Notes under the pieces: model-generated
Database searches by the model: none
What the model saw: the letters and a program-made list of their open reading frames with translations, nothing else
What the model was told of the DNA's origin: nothing
Made by a program: the position numbers and the translations under genes
Part shown: positions 49,880 through 59,456 of the stretch, in pieces
How the letters are laid out: every line of letters starts with the position of its first letter
How positions within the stretch are numbered: position 1 is the stretch's first letter
Assembly: GCA_902583455.1 (NCBI GenBank)
Contig: CACHVY010000004.1
Span: 33,929-97,928, forward strand
DNA from: an uncultured Pelagibacteraceae bacterium
GTDB taxonomy: Bacteria; Pseudomonadota; Alphaproteobacteria; Pelagibacterales; Pelagibacteraceae
Length of the DNA: 64,000 nucleotides
Direction: 5' to 3'

Positions 49880-51200
49880 GAGCTTTTCCCATTAATTTGT
49901 CAGGTAACCAAGTTACTATTTCTGGGAAAATACACAATATTATTATACAGACAACCATCATCATCATAAAAGGAATTGAGCCTTTTAATATTTCAGAAAG
50001 ACTAACATCAGGGGTAATTCCTTTTATAATATATAAATTTAAACCAACGGGTGGAGTAATTAAACCTATCTCCATATTTATTGTAAAGACAATTGCAAAC
50101 CAATAAGGATCAAAACCAAATTGAGTAATAATTGGAAGCAGAATTGCTGAAGTCATAACAATTACTGCTACTGGTGGTAAAAAGAAACCAGCTATTAAAA
50201 GAAAAATATTTATATAGAAAAATAAAACCCATTTATTTAAACCCATTTCTACAATAGTTTGGGCGATTGATTGTGTTACATAGAGAGTGGATAAACTAAA
50301 TGCGAATATATATGAGCCCGCAATAATAAACATTATCATTACGCTCTCTTTCATCGAAACTTTTACAATGTCCCATATTTTTTTTGGTTGGTAAATTTTA
50401 TAAACAACAGCGATCATAACAAACACAAGAAAAGCACCTACTCCTGATGCTTCAGATGGTGTAGCAACACCTCCATATAAAACATATAAAACTCCAACTA
50501 CAATTAATAAAAAAGGAAGCACTCTAGGAATGACCTCTAATTTTTCTCTTAGGGTTGGAGGTTTTCTATTTCTAAGAATTTCTGCAGACTTTTTGTCAAT
50601 AAAATATGAATATATATAAGCCCATAACATAAATAATCCCGCGAGAAGTAATCCAGGTATAACACCACATAAGAATAATCTTCCGATAGACGTTCCAGTA
50701 GCTAAACCATAAACAATAAGTACTATGCTTGGAGGAATTAATACTCCAAGGGTTCCGCCCGCAGCAATACATCCTGTGGCTAATCTAGCCGAATAACCTC
50801 TTTTTCTCATTTCAGGTATTCCCATTGTGCCAATAGCGGCGCAAGTTGCTGGACTTGATCCGCTCAAAGCTGCAAATATAGAACAAGCACCGATGTTAGA
50901 TACAACAAGTCCACCAGGTAATCTCCAAAGCCATCTATCCAAACCTGTATACAAATCCTTACCAGCTGGAGAATTTGCAACAGCCATTCCCATTAAAATA
51001 AACATTGGAATTGATAACAAAACAAATGAATTTAAACCTGCATAAAATGTCTCTGCAAAAACATTTAAAATTGAAAAACCTTCTGCAATCACTAAAAACA
51101 CGACTGATATGAAACATAATCCAAATGCAATCGGTATACCTGAAAATAGCATTACAACTGTTGAAACTCCAACAACTAATCCTAATAATAATGGGTCCAC
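49869..51200 (-). CDS. dctM: TRAP transporter large permease
   Basis: IPMFILMG, FAALSGSS, GTLGVLIPPS, TPSEA, ITPPVGLNL. Confidence 0.93.
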   Translation of the reverse strand: MDPLLLGLVVGVSTVVMLFSGIPIAFGLCFISVVFLVIAEGFSILNVFAETFYAGLNSFVLLSIPMFILMGMAVANSPAGKDLYTGLDRWLWRLPGGLVVSNIGACSIFAALSGSSPATCAAIGTMGIPEMRKRGYSARLATGCIAAGGTLGVLIPPSIVLIVYGLATGTSIGRLFLCGVIPGLLLAGLFMLWAYIYSYFIDKKSAEILRNRKPPTLREKLEVIPRVLPFLLIVVGVLYVLYGGVATPSEASGVGAFLVFVMIAVVYKIYQPKKIWDIVKVSMKESVMIMFIIAGSYIFAFSLSTLYVTQSIAQTIVEMGLNKWVLFFYINIFLLIAGFFLPPVAVIVMTSAILLPIITQFGFDPYWFAIVFTINMEIGLITPPVGLNLYIIKGITPDVSLSEILKGSIPFMMMMVVCIIILCIFPEIVTWLPDKLMGKALAY

Positions 51201-51697
51201 TATTTAAACTCCTTAAGTTTTCTTACATGTAAAATTAATTCAGAAATGTACGACATAGTCATAAGAGTGGCACCTATAAGCATGGATGAATAAGGTATCC
51301 ATAATGGAGGCCCCCAAACCGTACCTGTATTATAATTTTTTGTAAAGGCCTCATAAGTTATTTCATAACTTACATAAAATAGAATTAAGAAGAAAATTAA
51401 ACAGAGACTGTCAGTAAAAATTTTTAATTTTGTAACGTTTTTTTCACTTAGAAATGTATAAAGATACTCCATGTTTACATGGCCTTTTTCACTTAAAACA
51501 TATGCGCTACCAATGAACGTAGATGCAACTAGTAACATAGTGACTAGCTCTGTCTGCCATGTAATAGCATTTTTAAATAAATATCTTTCAAATACTAATT
51601 CAGTAATAATAACAATAGATAGAAAAAGACAACCCGCAGCGAATATACCACAAGCTTTTGCTAACCAATTGGTTAATTTAATAAATTTATCGGTCAT
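51200..51697 (-). CDS. dctQ: TRAP transporter small permease
   Basis: 4 TM segments, RY...W..E, GHV motif; lies between dctP and dctM. Confidence 0.88.
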   Translation of the reverse strand: MTDKFIKLTNWLAKACGIFAAGCLFLSIVIITELVFERYLFKNAITWQTELVTMLLVASTFIGSAYVLSEKGHVNMEYLYTFLSEKNVTKLKIFTDSLCLIFFLILFYVSYEITYEAFTKNYNTGTVWGPPLWIPYSSMLIGATLMTMSYISELILHVRKLKEFK

Positions 51698-51702
51698 GAA
51701 AA

Positions 51703-51730
51703 ATACCCCTGCTTATATTCGCAGGGGTAT
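51703..51730 (-). terminator. Stem-loop after dctP (terminator or mRNA stabiliser)
   Basis: ATACCCCTGC-N8-GCAGGGGTAT, a perfect 10-bp stem followed by a short U run on the minus strand. Confidence 0.75.
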
Positions 51731-51743
51731 AATTTAATTTAAA

Positions 51744-52754
51744 TTATTTTACAGCTAAAGCCATGTCGATCAATTTTTGACCGTTTGGCACTTTTTCTGC
51801 AAAATTTTTGTATGAAGACTGCTTCGCAATAGCTAACCAAGCATCAAAGTCTGATTTTTTCATATAAGACAACTTAACTCCAGCTTCTTTGTAAGCTTTT
51901 TCCATTGTCGTGTCTAAACCAGCAGCTTCTTTAGTCATATATTTTTCTGCGACTTTACCAGCTTTCATTAACGCTTTTTGTTGCTTGCTATCTAATGCAT
52001 CAAATGATTTTTTTGACATTAAAATTGGTTCATACATAAACCATAAACCGTAGTCTCCTGGAGGTGTAGCGCACTTAACTTGCTCATAAATTCTGTATGA
52101 TACAAAACTTCCTGAACTTGTGTTTGCTCCATCAAGAACTCCAGTCTGCAAACCATTGTAGATTTCAGAAGATGGCATAGATTGTATACCTGCACCTGCT
52201 GCTTCTAACATTTGGTTAAAAGCTTTACCTGCTGCTCTAAAAGTTTGACCTTTTACAGAAGCTGGATTTGAAATACAATTTTTCTTTGAAACAAATCCAC
52301 CTGCTAACCAAGCATCAGACAATACTACAACACCTGCATCGTTAATGATTTTTTTAATTTCTTTCATCATTGGAGATGCATTTACTCTTAATGCATGCTT
52401 ATGGTTTTTTACCATTCCAGGCATTAGGGTAATATCAAACTCAGGATGGAACTTAGCAGCATAAGCTAAAGGAAATGCTGAAATATCTAGTTGACCTGTA
52501 GTCATCGGCTTCCATTGTTCTTTTGGTTTATATAATGATTTCGCAGGATAGATTCTGATATCAACTCCTACATTTGCTTTTTTCATTTCATCGGCAATAA
52601 TTTGAACCATTTCGTGTCTAACATCGTATGATCCATCAGCTCTTGGTGTACCAGGCCACTGGTGACTAGCTTTTAAAGTTACTGCAAAAGCTGATCCAAT
52701 AGTTGTTGATACAAAGATTAATGAAATAAAATATAAAGATATTTTTTTAAACAT
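51744..52754 (-). CDS. dctP: TRAP transporter substrate-binding protein
   Basis: Signal peptide (AFA), KGQTFR, MPSSEIYNGLQTGVLDG. Confidence 0.92.
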   Translation of the reverse strand: MFKKISLYFISLIFVSTTIGSAFAVTLKASHQWPGTPRADGSYDVRHEMVQIIADEMKKANVGVDIRIYPAKSLYKPKEQWKPMTTGQLDISAFPLAYAAKFHPEFDITLMPGMVKNHKHALRVNASPMMKEIKKIINDAGVVVLSDAWLAGGFVSKKNCISNPASVKGQTFRAAGKAFNQMLEAAGAGIQSMPSSEIYNGLQTGVLDGANTSSGSFVSYRIYEQVKCATPPGDYGLWFMYEPILMSKKSFDALDSKQQKALMKAGKVAEKYMTKEAAGLDTTMEKAYKEAGVKLSYMKKSDFDAWLAIAKQSSYKNFAEKVPNGQKLIDMALAVK

Positions 52755-52786
52755 ATTTATCCCTCTCTTTAATTATTTAATGGTAT

Positions 52787-52815
52787 ATTAAATGTAACTT
52801 ATTAATAAGAGTCAA
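52787..52815 (-). promoter_or_regulatory. Candidate sigma70 promoter of dctPQM with a palindrome in the spacer
   Basis: TTGACT-N17-TTTAAT on the minus strand; CTTATTAATAAG palindrome at 52798-52809. Confidence 0.45.
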
Positions 52816-52846
52816 TATGTATTAAAGTACTGAATAAGATTATTTT

Positions 52847-53992
52847 ATGGATGGACCTTTAAAAAACTTACTAGTTCTTGATTTAACGAGAGTTCTTGTC
52901 GGACCTTATTGTACAATGGTTTTATCAGATCTAGGAGCAAGAGTTATTAAAGTTGAGGCACCTGGTGCTGGAGATGACTCTAGAAAGTTTGGTCCTTTTA
53001 TAGAAGATTACTCTGCATATTTTATGTCTTTAAATAGAGGTAAAGAAAGTATTGCTTTAAATTTAAAAGATAAAGAAGATAAAAAAATCTTTGATAAAAT
53101 TTTAGAAAAAGCAGATGTACTTGTTGAAAATTTTAAGCCAGGTACTTTAGAAAAATGGGGTTACGGTTGGAAAGATGTTTGTAAAAAATATCCAAAACTA
53201 ATATATGCATCTGCTTCTGGTTTTGGGCAAACAGGTCCATTAAGAGAGCTACCAGCTTACGACATGGTTGTTCAAGGTATGGGGGGATTGATGAGTGTAA
53301 CAGGTCAACCAAATTCTGAGCCAACAAGAGTTGGTACATCAATTGGTGATATTACGGCAGGTTTATTTACAGCTATAGGAGTTAATGCAGCCTTATATGA
53401 TAGACAGAAAACAGGAAAGGGAACTTATATTGATGTTTCTATGCTTGATTGTCAAATTGCAATTTTAGAAAATGCAATTGCAAGATATCTTTCAAAAAAA
53501 GAAATACCAAAACCGATGGGATCTAGACATCCATCAATTGCTCCTTTCGAGGCATTTAAAACTAATGATAGTTACATAATTATTGCGGCAGGTAATGATA
53601 AGCTTTTTGAAAAACTTTGTGTATTACTAAATATTTCTGAAGTTTCAAAAGATGAAAAATTTAATTCAAATTCTGTAAGAAGCAAGAATATGGATGAATT
53701 AAAAATTATTCTTGAGAAAAAACTTTCATCAAAATCAACATCAGATTGGATAAGTCTTATGGAAAAAGAAAAAATACCTTGTGGACCAATATTTAATATA
53801 AAGCAAGCAGTAGAAAATCCACAAATAGAATCTAGAAATATGATTGTTAATTCTTTTCACAAAAAGATAGGTGAGTTCAAAACAGCAGGTAACCCTATTA
53901 AAATGTCAAACTATAAGGATAGTAAAATTAGAGGTGATATACCTGATTTAGACGAACATAGAAAAAAAATTATTGAGGAATTCTGTAATTAA
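52847..53992 (+). CDS. CoA-transferase family III (CaiB/BaiF)
   Basis: VLDLTRVLVGP, LGARVIKVE, NRGKESI, ENFKPG, GFGQTGP, AYD. Confidence 0.93.
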   Translation: MDGPLKNLLVLDLTRVLVGPYCTMVLSDLGARVIKVEAPGAGDDSRKFGPFIEDYSAYFMSLNRGKESIALNLKDKEDKKIFDKILEKADVLVENFKPGTLEKWGYGWKDVCKKYPKLIYASASGFGQTGPLRELPAYDMVVQGMGGLMSVTGQPNSEPTRVGTSIGDITAGLFTAIGVNAALYDRQKTGKGTYIDVSMLDCQIAILENAIARYLSKKEIPKPMGSRHPSIAPFEAFKTNDSYIIIAAGNDKLFEKLCVLLNISEVSKDEKFNSNSVRSKNMDELKIILEKKLSSKSTSDWISLMEKEKIPCGPIFNIKQAVENPQIESRNMIVNSFHKKIGEFKTAGNPIKMSNYKDSKIRGDIPDLDEHRKKIIEEFCN

Positions 53993-54618
53993 ATAATTTT
54001 ATCAACTTCATTTGACATTCTTCTTAAAACTTCTTTTTTACTTAATCTATCAGTGCGAATAAGAATAGCATCATTTACTTTTTTTAATGGTGAATGTTTT
54101 CTTTTTTTATCCATTTTTGTTCTTTTTGCCAAACTTTTCTGTACCTCTTTTAAAGGTACTTTCTTTTTTAATTCTTTCCATCTTCTTTTAGCTGCAATAT
54201 TTATTTTACAAGTAAAATAAAATGCTAAATCATATCTTGGGTTTTTATTTAAAATTTTTGTGGCAATATCTCTTCCCTCAATACAAATTCTTTTATTTTT
54301 TTTAATTATTTTTTTTTGATAAATTCTCATTATTTCTCTAACAGCTTTATCTTTAGCTAAATAACCAACGTGATTACTTATTTCTTGTGAATGAAGTGAT
54401 TGTTTTTGTATTAAATTATAAGAGGTTCTTTTAAATATTTTTCTTAGATAAAGAATTGGTTTTTTTGGTTTTTTTGTTAATAATATCTTGCTTGCATATC
54501 GATATAAAAGACCTGAGTTTAATAACAATAGTTTATACTTTTTTGATAATAATTTTGCACCAGTGCTTTTTCCACTAGCAGCTTCTCCATCACATGCAAC
54601 TATAAGAGATTTGCTCAT
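53989..54618 (-). CDS. cmk: Cytidylate kinase
   Basis: DGEAASGKST, NSGLLYR, EGRDI, SPL. Confidence 0.85.
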   Translation of the reverse strand: MSKSLIVACDGEAASGKSTGAKLLSKKYKLLLLNSGLLYRYASKILLTKKPKKPILYLRKIFKRTSYNLIQKQSLHSQEISNHVGYLAKDKAVREIMRIYQKKIIKKNKRICIEGRDIATKILNKNPRYDLAFYFTCKINIAAKRRWKELKKKVPLKEVQKSLAKRTKMDKKRKHSPLKKVNDAILIRTDRLSKKEVLRRMSNEVDKII

Positions 54619-54657
54619 TATGTAAATGGATATCTTATTTTAAAAATTAATTAAATA

Positions 54658-55185
54658 TTATTGTTCCGAGGTCTCAGAATTTTCCTCTGTCTGGCTGTCA
54701 TTTTCAGCAATTTCATCTAATGATACTTCGCCAGTCTCGTTTTCTTGAGGCTCTGATGAAACATTTTCAGATTGTGCAGGTGCATCAGAATTTTGTAATT
54801 CAGCTAAATCTTCTTTTGAAACCTGAATTTTTTCAGGAACTTTTCTTGCTCTTTTTGATGGTAAAATTGGTGCACCACTTTTAGAAATTTCGCCTTTGTA
54901 TAAGCTTTCAAAGTCATCTCCAATATCTTCATCATCTTCACTTAAATCATCAACTTGCTCAATATGTTTTCTTAATTTGTAAACAGCACTATCAGTTAAT
55001 TCATTTACTTTGACGTTCTCAACAGCAATTTCTCTTAAAGCTATAACTGTGTTTTTATCGTTATCTCTGTCAACAGATGGTTCAATTCCTGAATTTAACT
55101 GAGTAGCTCTTTCTTTTGCAACTAAAACAAGCTCATAAGGGCTATCTACTTTATCTATACAATCTTCTACGGTTACTCTTGCCAT
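54658..55185 (-). CDS. rpoZ: RNA polymerase omega subunit with long acidic tail
   Basis: [30 protein letters not shown]. Confidence 0.95.
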   Translation of the reverse strand: MARVTVEDCIDKVDSPYELVLVAKERATQLNSGIEPSVDRDNDKNTVIALREIAVENVKVNELTDSAVYKLRKHIEQVDDLSEDDEDIGDDFESLYKGEISKSGAPILPSKRARKVPEKIQVSKEDLAELQNSDAPAQSENVSSEPQENETGEVSLDEIAENDSQTEENSETSEQ

Positions 55186-55216
55186 GCGGATTGTTTATAC
55201 ATGCAACTTTAAAAAA

Positions 55217-56434
55217 TCAAGTTTTTTTTAAAATTTTAATTGGATTAAGTTTATTTCTGACAAAAAATAGAGCGATTAAAGCTAGAAAAATATAGGTTCC
55301 TGAAATAATAGAAATCTGCTCTATTGAAAATCCTTTATCTATTAATAAACCAAATACTGCTGTCCCAAAAGCAGTTGAGAATACCATAAGTGCTGTTGTT
55401 AAAGCTTTAATTGAACCAATATGTTTTACACCATAAACTTCCGCCCAAGTTGAAGAGCCAAGCACGTTTGCTAAACCATTTGAAATTCCTATTAATCCTA
55501 GAAACAGAAAAGAAACTATAGGGTTATCAAAAACAATAATTAGAAACAGAGAGAGTAAAAAAGGTAAATTCATATAAATTAAAAGTTTTCTGCTCGAAAA
55601 CTTATCAATTAAAAATCCTGCAATAAATAATGTAATTACTGATAAAACAGAATAAGCCATGAAGGATTGTGCAATAACATAAGGACCCCAATTTTTTGAA
55701 GAAAGAATAAATGACTGATAAACAAATATTCCAGTCGCAATCCATGGCATTGCAAGCATATTTGCACAAACTATATAAAATCTATAATCTTTTATAACTT
55801 CAATTCTTTTCCAATTTTTAATCTTTATATTTTTTTTATCTTTATTGTTGTCAATTTCTCTTGAGTCAAGTTTGATCTTTTTAATAAGCAAATATGAAAT
55901 TATTGGCAAAAATAAAATTACGAGAGAAATATTAATCCATATGCTTCTCCACTCCATAAAAGTTAATAGATAAATGATAAATACAGGTAATATAAACTCA
56001 GCTGTAGATAATCCAAACCAACCCGTGCTTAAAGCTTTTCCTCTTGATTTAGTAAAGTATCTTGAAATTGTTGTAGTAGCAGTGTGAGACATTAATCCTT
56101 GGCCTGAAAATCTCATTAAAAAAATAGCAATAAATAAAAAGGTTATCGATGAGACTTTAGAAAAAAAATAACATGAAAAAGATAGAAGCAAAGTTACAAA
56201 TGTTCCAAATTTAAAGACATCAATATCATCAATTTTTTTTCCTACCCAAATAATAACTAGACTGCTTAGTAATGTTGCTGATGCATAGATTGTGCCAAAT
56301 TGTCCGTGAGTAATTGATAATGCATCACGAATACTAGAATTGAAAAGACCTAAAAAAAAACTCTGTCCAAAGCTAGAAAAAAATGTAAATATGAACCCAA
56401 ATAGAATTACTTTTAAACTTAAACTATTAAACAT
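55217..56434 (-). CDS. MFS transporter
   Basis: SSFGQS, GKKIDD, RFSGQG, GFLIDKFSSR; about 12 TM segments. Confidence 0.88.
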   Translation of the reverse strand: MFNSLSLKVILFGFIFTFFSSFGQSFFLGLFNSSIRDALSITHGQFGTIYASATLLSSLVIIWVGKKIDDIDVFKFGTFVTLLLSFSCYFFSKVSSITFLFIAIFLMRFSGQGLMSHTATTTISRYFTKSRGKALSTGWFGLSTAEFILPVFIIYLLTFMEWRSIWINISLVILFLPIISYLLIKKIKLDSREIDNNKDKKNIKIKNWKRIEVIKDYRFYIVCANMLAMPWIATGIFVYQSFILSSKNWGPYVIAQSFMAYSVLSVITLFIAGFLIDKFSSRKLLIYMNLPFLLSLFLIIVFDNPIVSFLFLGLIGISNGLANVLGSSTWAEVYGVKHIGSIKALTTALMVFSTAFGTAVFGLLIDKGFSIEQISIISGTYIFLALIALFFVRNKLNPIKILKKT

Positions 56435-56443
56435 AAAAAAATT

Positions 56444-57313
56444 ATGAGTTGTAATGTAGCTTTTATAGGTCTTGGTGTCATGGGATATCCGATGGCAGGA
56501 TATATATCAAAAGGTGGTCATAATGTAACTGTTTTTAATCGGACAAAAAGCAAAGCAGAGAAATGGATAAGTGAACATAAAGGAAAAATGGCAGAAACAC
56601 CTGCGGAAGCAGCAAAGGATGCTGATTATATTTTTACATGTGTTGGAAATGATAATGATTTGAGAGAAGTTACGTTTGGTGAAAAAGGAATTTTTAAAAC
56701 AATTAAAAAAGGTGCTGTTTATATTGATAACACTACAGCTTCAGCAACAATTGCGCGAGAAATTTATGATTATGCAAAAAAAAATGGATTTGGATCTTTA
56801 GACGCTCCAGTATCTGGTGGTCAAGCTGGAGCAGACAATGGAGCGCTAACAGTTATGATCGGTGGAGATCAAGCTGAGTTTGATAAGGCTAAAGACAAAA
56901 TAGATTGTTATAGCAAAAAAATGAAATTACTTGGTAAAGCAGGATGTGGTCAGTTAGCTAAAATGGTTAATCAAATTTGTATAGCAGGTTTGGTTCAAGG
57001 TTTGTCAGAGGGAATAAATTTTGGGATTAAAGCAGGATTGAAAATGGAGGACGTAATTGAAGTTATTTCAAAAGGTGCTGCTCAATCTTGGCAAATGGAA
57101 AATAGATACAAAACAATGATTGATGATAAATTTGACTTTGGTTTTGCTGTTGATTGGATGAGGAAAGACTTAAAAATTGCAATGGATGAAGCAAGAAATA
57201 ATGGATCCTTATTACCTATAACTGAATTAGTTGATAAATTTTATGGTGAAGTCCAAGATATGGGAGGAAATCGTTGGGATACATCAAGTTTAATCAAAAG
57301 ATTTAGAAAGTAA
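56444..57313 (+). CDS. NAD(P)-dependent beta-hydroxyacid dehydrogenase (MmsB/GarR family)
   Basis: FIGLGVMGYPMA, DAPVSGG, KMVNQ, KDL. Confidence 0.9.
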   Translation: MSCNVAFIGLGVMGYPMAGYISKGGHNVTVFNRTKSKAEKWISEHKGKMAETPAEAAKDADYIFTCVGNDNDLREVTFGEKGIFKTIKKGAVYIDNTTASATIAREIYDYAKKNGFGSLDAPVSGGQAGADNGALTVMIGGDQAEFDKAKDKIDCYSKKMKLLGKAGCGQLAKMVNQICIAGLVQGLSEGINFGIKAGLKMEDVIEVISKGAAQSWQMENRYKTMIDDKFDFGFAVDWMRKDLKIAMDEARNNGSLLPITELVDKFYGEVQDMGGNRWDTSSLIKRFRK

Positions 57314-57319
57314 TAGTAT

Positions 57320-57919
57320 ATGCAACCAGCATACTATGAAGATTTTAGTGAAATTAAAAAGAAAATTTGGCTTATGCTTGATGATGCTATAAAAAATAGG
57401 GCTTCTCAATTCAGAATTCCAACTTTTATTTGTGGTAATGATAATAATATAGATGGAAGAATTGTGGTCTTAAGAAAATCAGATCAATCAAATAATTTAG
57501 TTCAATTCCATAGCGATATTAGATCAGATAAAATAGAAATTCTAAAAAAAAATCCAAATGCTTCAATGTTGTTTTACGATAAAGATGAAAAAATTCAAGT
57601 AAGGTTAAAAGTGAATTGTGTAATAAATCATAAAAATGAAATTACAAAAACTTCATGGGATAGAACTCAACATATAAGCCGTAAATGTTATTTGGTTGAT
57701 AACGGACCTGGAACAGAGTCTGATATTCCAACATCGGGATTAAAACCAGAATTAGAAAATTTTGGTTATACAAAAGAACAAAGTGAAGAAGGTTATAAAA
57801 ATTTTACTGTTATTCAGTGTAAAATTAAATCTATTGAGTGGCTTTATCTGGCTGCCAAAGGTCATCGAAGAGCCAGGTTTGATTTAGAAAATAGCAAAGA
57901 TAGTTGGCTTGTTCCTTAA
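57320..57919 (+). CDS. Pyridoxamine 5'-phosphate oxidase-related FMN-binding protein
   Basis: RIVVLR, HSDIRSDK, FYD..KIQVR, EWLYL...GHRRA. Confidence 0.8.
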   Translation: MQPAYYEDFSEIKKKIWLMLDDAIKNRASQFRIPTFICGNDNNIDGRIVVLRKSDQSNNLVQFHSDIRSDKIEILKKNPNASMLFYDKDEKIQVRLKVNCVINHKNEITKTSWDRTQHISRKCYLVDNGPGTESDIPTSGLKPELENFGYTKEQSEEGYKNFTVIQCKIKSIEWLYLAAKGHRRARFDLENSKDSWLVP

Positions 57920-57921
57920 TG

Positions 57922-58362
57922 TTATTTTTCTAAAGCAGATAATTTTTTTTTTAGTTTATTTGATAAACCCATAAACCATTGTTTTTCTCTTCCAGATTCT
58001 GGTAATACAGCTCCATATTCGATCATTTGTGAAGGTGGTAAGTCTATTATATAAACCCATACTTGTGTTTCATCTAATTTTGATGTTTTAACAATAATAT
58101 TTTTTAAATCAGAAATTAATCTGTCTTTTATTTTCTTTGGACGTCCAGCTCTAATTTGACCGAGTAAAAAAATAGAGGGTTCTTTTACTATTTTACCTCC
58201 CATAAAATGATTTTTTTTCTTTGTATTATTAAATATGACTTGAGCAAAATAAGTATTTGCACCAGTTACAATATTATGAACTTTGGTAATTCCTTTAGCT
58301 AGTTCTTTTTGTTTTTTAGAGTTAAGATTAATATTTGATGTTGTTACTGAGTAAGTTGGCAT
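57922..58362 (-). CDS. Tautomerase-superfamily protein, cis-CaaD/Cg10062 type
   Basis: After Met removal: Pro1, His28, Arg70, Arg73, Trp101, Tyr103, Glu114. Confidence 0.85.
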   Translation of the reverse strand: MPTYSVTTSNINLNSKKQKELAKGITKVHNIVTGANTYFAQVIFNNTKKKNHFMGGKIVKEPSIFLLGQIRAGRPKKIKDRLISDLKNIIVKTSKLDETQVWVYIIDLPPSQMIEYGAVLPESGREKQWFMGLSNKLKKKLSALEK

Positions 58363-58365
58363 TAT

Positions 58366-58878
58366 CTAAAATATAGATTGTGAATATCTCTTCCAATTAT
58401 CCTGGTAGTGTTTAGTATTTTCATCAACAGCTTTTTTTTCTTCGTCTGTAACCTCTCTGATTACTTTTCCTGGCGATCCAATTACTAGCGAATTGTCTGG
58501 TATTACTTTATTTTCTGTTATTAAAGCTTTTGCACCAATAATACAATTTTTTCCTATCTTTGCTTTGTTGAGGATGACTGCACCTATTCCAATTAAACTA
58601 TTGTCCCCTATTGTGCATCCATGAAGCATCACTAAATGTCCAATGGTTACATTTTTTCCAACTTTTAAAGGACATCCTGGATCAGTGTGTAAAACACATC
58701 CATCTTGAACATTAGAACCTTCTCCAATATGAATATTTTCTATGTCTCCCCTTAAAGTAGCATTAAACCAAATACTAGAATTTTTTTCTAAAGTTACATC
58801 ACCAATGATCACTGCGTTAGGTGCTACCCAATTTTCGCCAGAGTTTTTTGGTTTTTTATCTTTTAAATCGTAAAACAT
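58366..58878 (-). CDS. Gamma-class carbonic anhydrase family protein
   Basis: IGDV, LRGD, NVQDGCVLH, IGHLVMLHGC. Confidence 0.9.
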   Translation of the reverse strand: MFYDLKDKKPKNSGENWVAPNAVIIGDVTLEKNSSIWFNATLRGDIENIHIGEGSNVQDGCVLHTDPGCPLKVGKNVTIGHLVMLHGCTIGDNSLIGIGAVILNKAKIGKNCIIGAKALITENKVIPDNSLVIGSPGKVIREVTDEEKKAVDENTKHYQDNWKRYSQSIF

Positions 58879-58898
58879 AATTTATAAATTATTTTAAC

Positions 58899-59456
58899 AT
58901 GGCATTAACAAAAACTCCAATATGTGATTTTAATCTTCATGCAATTGATTTCAAATTAAAATCTGTTGAAAACACTGTCTTATCACTTAATGATATTAAG
59001 GGTGAAAATGGAACACTGATAATGTTTATTTGCAATCATTGTCCATATGTAAAAGCAATTATAAAAGACTTAGTTGAAGATTGTGAAAAACTCAAAGACT
59101 TAGGCATAAATTCAGCAGCAATCATGTCAAATGATACAATTAATTATCCAGATGATTCCTATGAAAATATGATTAAATTTTCTGCAAAACATAAATTTAG
59201 TTTTCCTTACTTAATTGATGAAACGCAGGAAATAGCAAAAAAATACGATGCTGTATGTACTCCAGATTTTTTTGGATACAATAAAGATCTTAAACTTAAT
59301 TATCGAGGAAGAATAAGAGAACTTAGGGATTTGAAACCTATCAGAAACGGATCAAGTGAATTATTCGAAGCCATGAAACTAATATCTGAAACACAAAAGG
59401 GGCCAGATATACAAAAGCCAAGCCTTGGCTGCAGTATAAAATGGTTTAAAAAATAA
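58899..59456 (+). CDS. Thioredoxin-like / AhpC-TSA family protein
   Basis: MFICNHCPYV, AVCTPDFF, SLGCSIKW. Confidence 0.88.
   Translation: MALTKTPICDFNLHAIDFKLKSVENTVLSLNDIKGENGTLIMFICNHCPYVKAIIKDLVEDCEKLKDLGINSAAIMSNDTINYPDDSYENMIKFSAKHKFSFPYLIDETQEIAKKYDAVCTPDFFGYNKDLKLNYRGRIRELRDLKPIRNGSSELFEAMKLISETQKGPDIQKPSLGCSIKWFKK

Noticed and set aside
52777-52791. CtrA-like TTAA-N7-TTAA upstream of dctP
   Set aside because: Expected often by chance at this AT content, and the context is not cell-cycle related.
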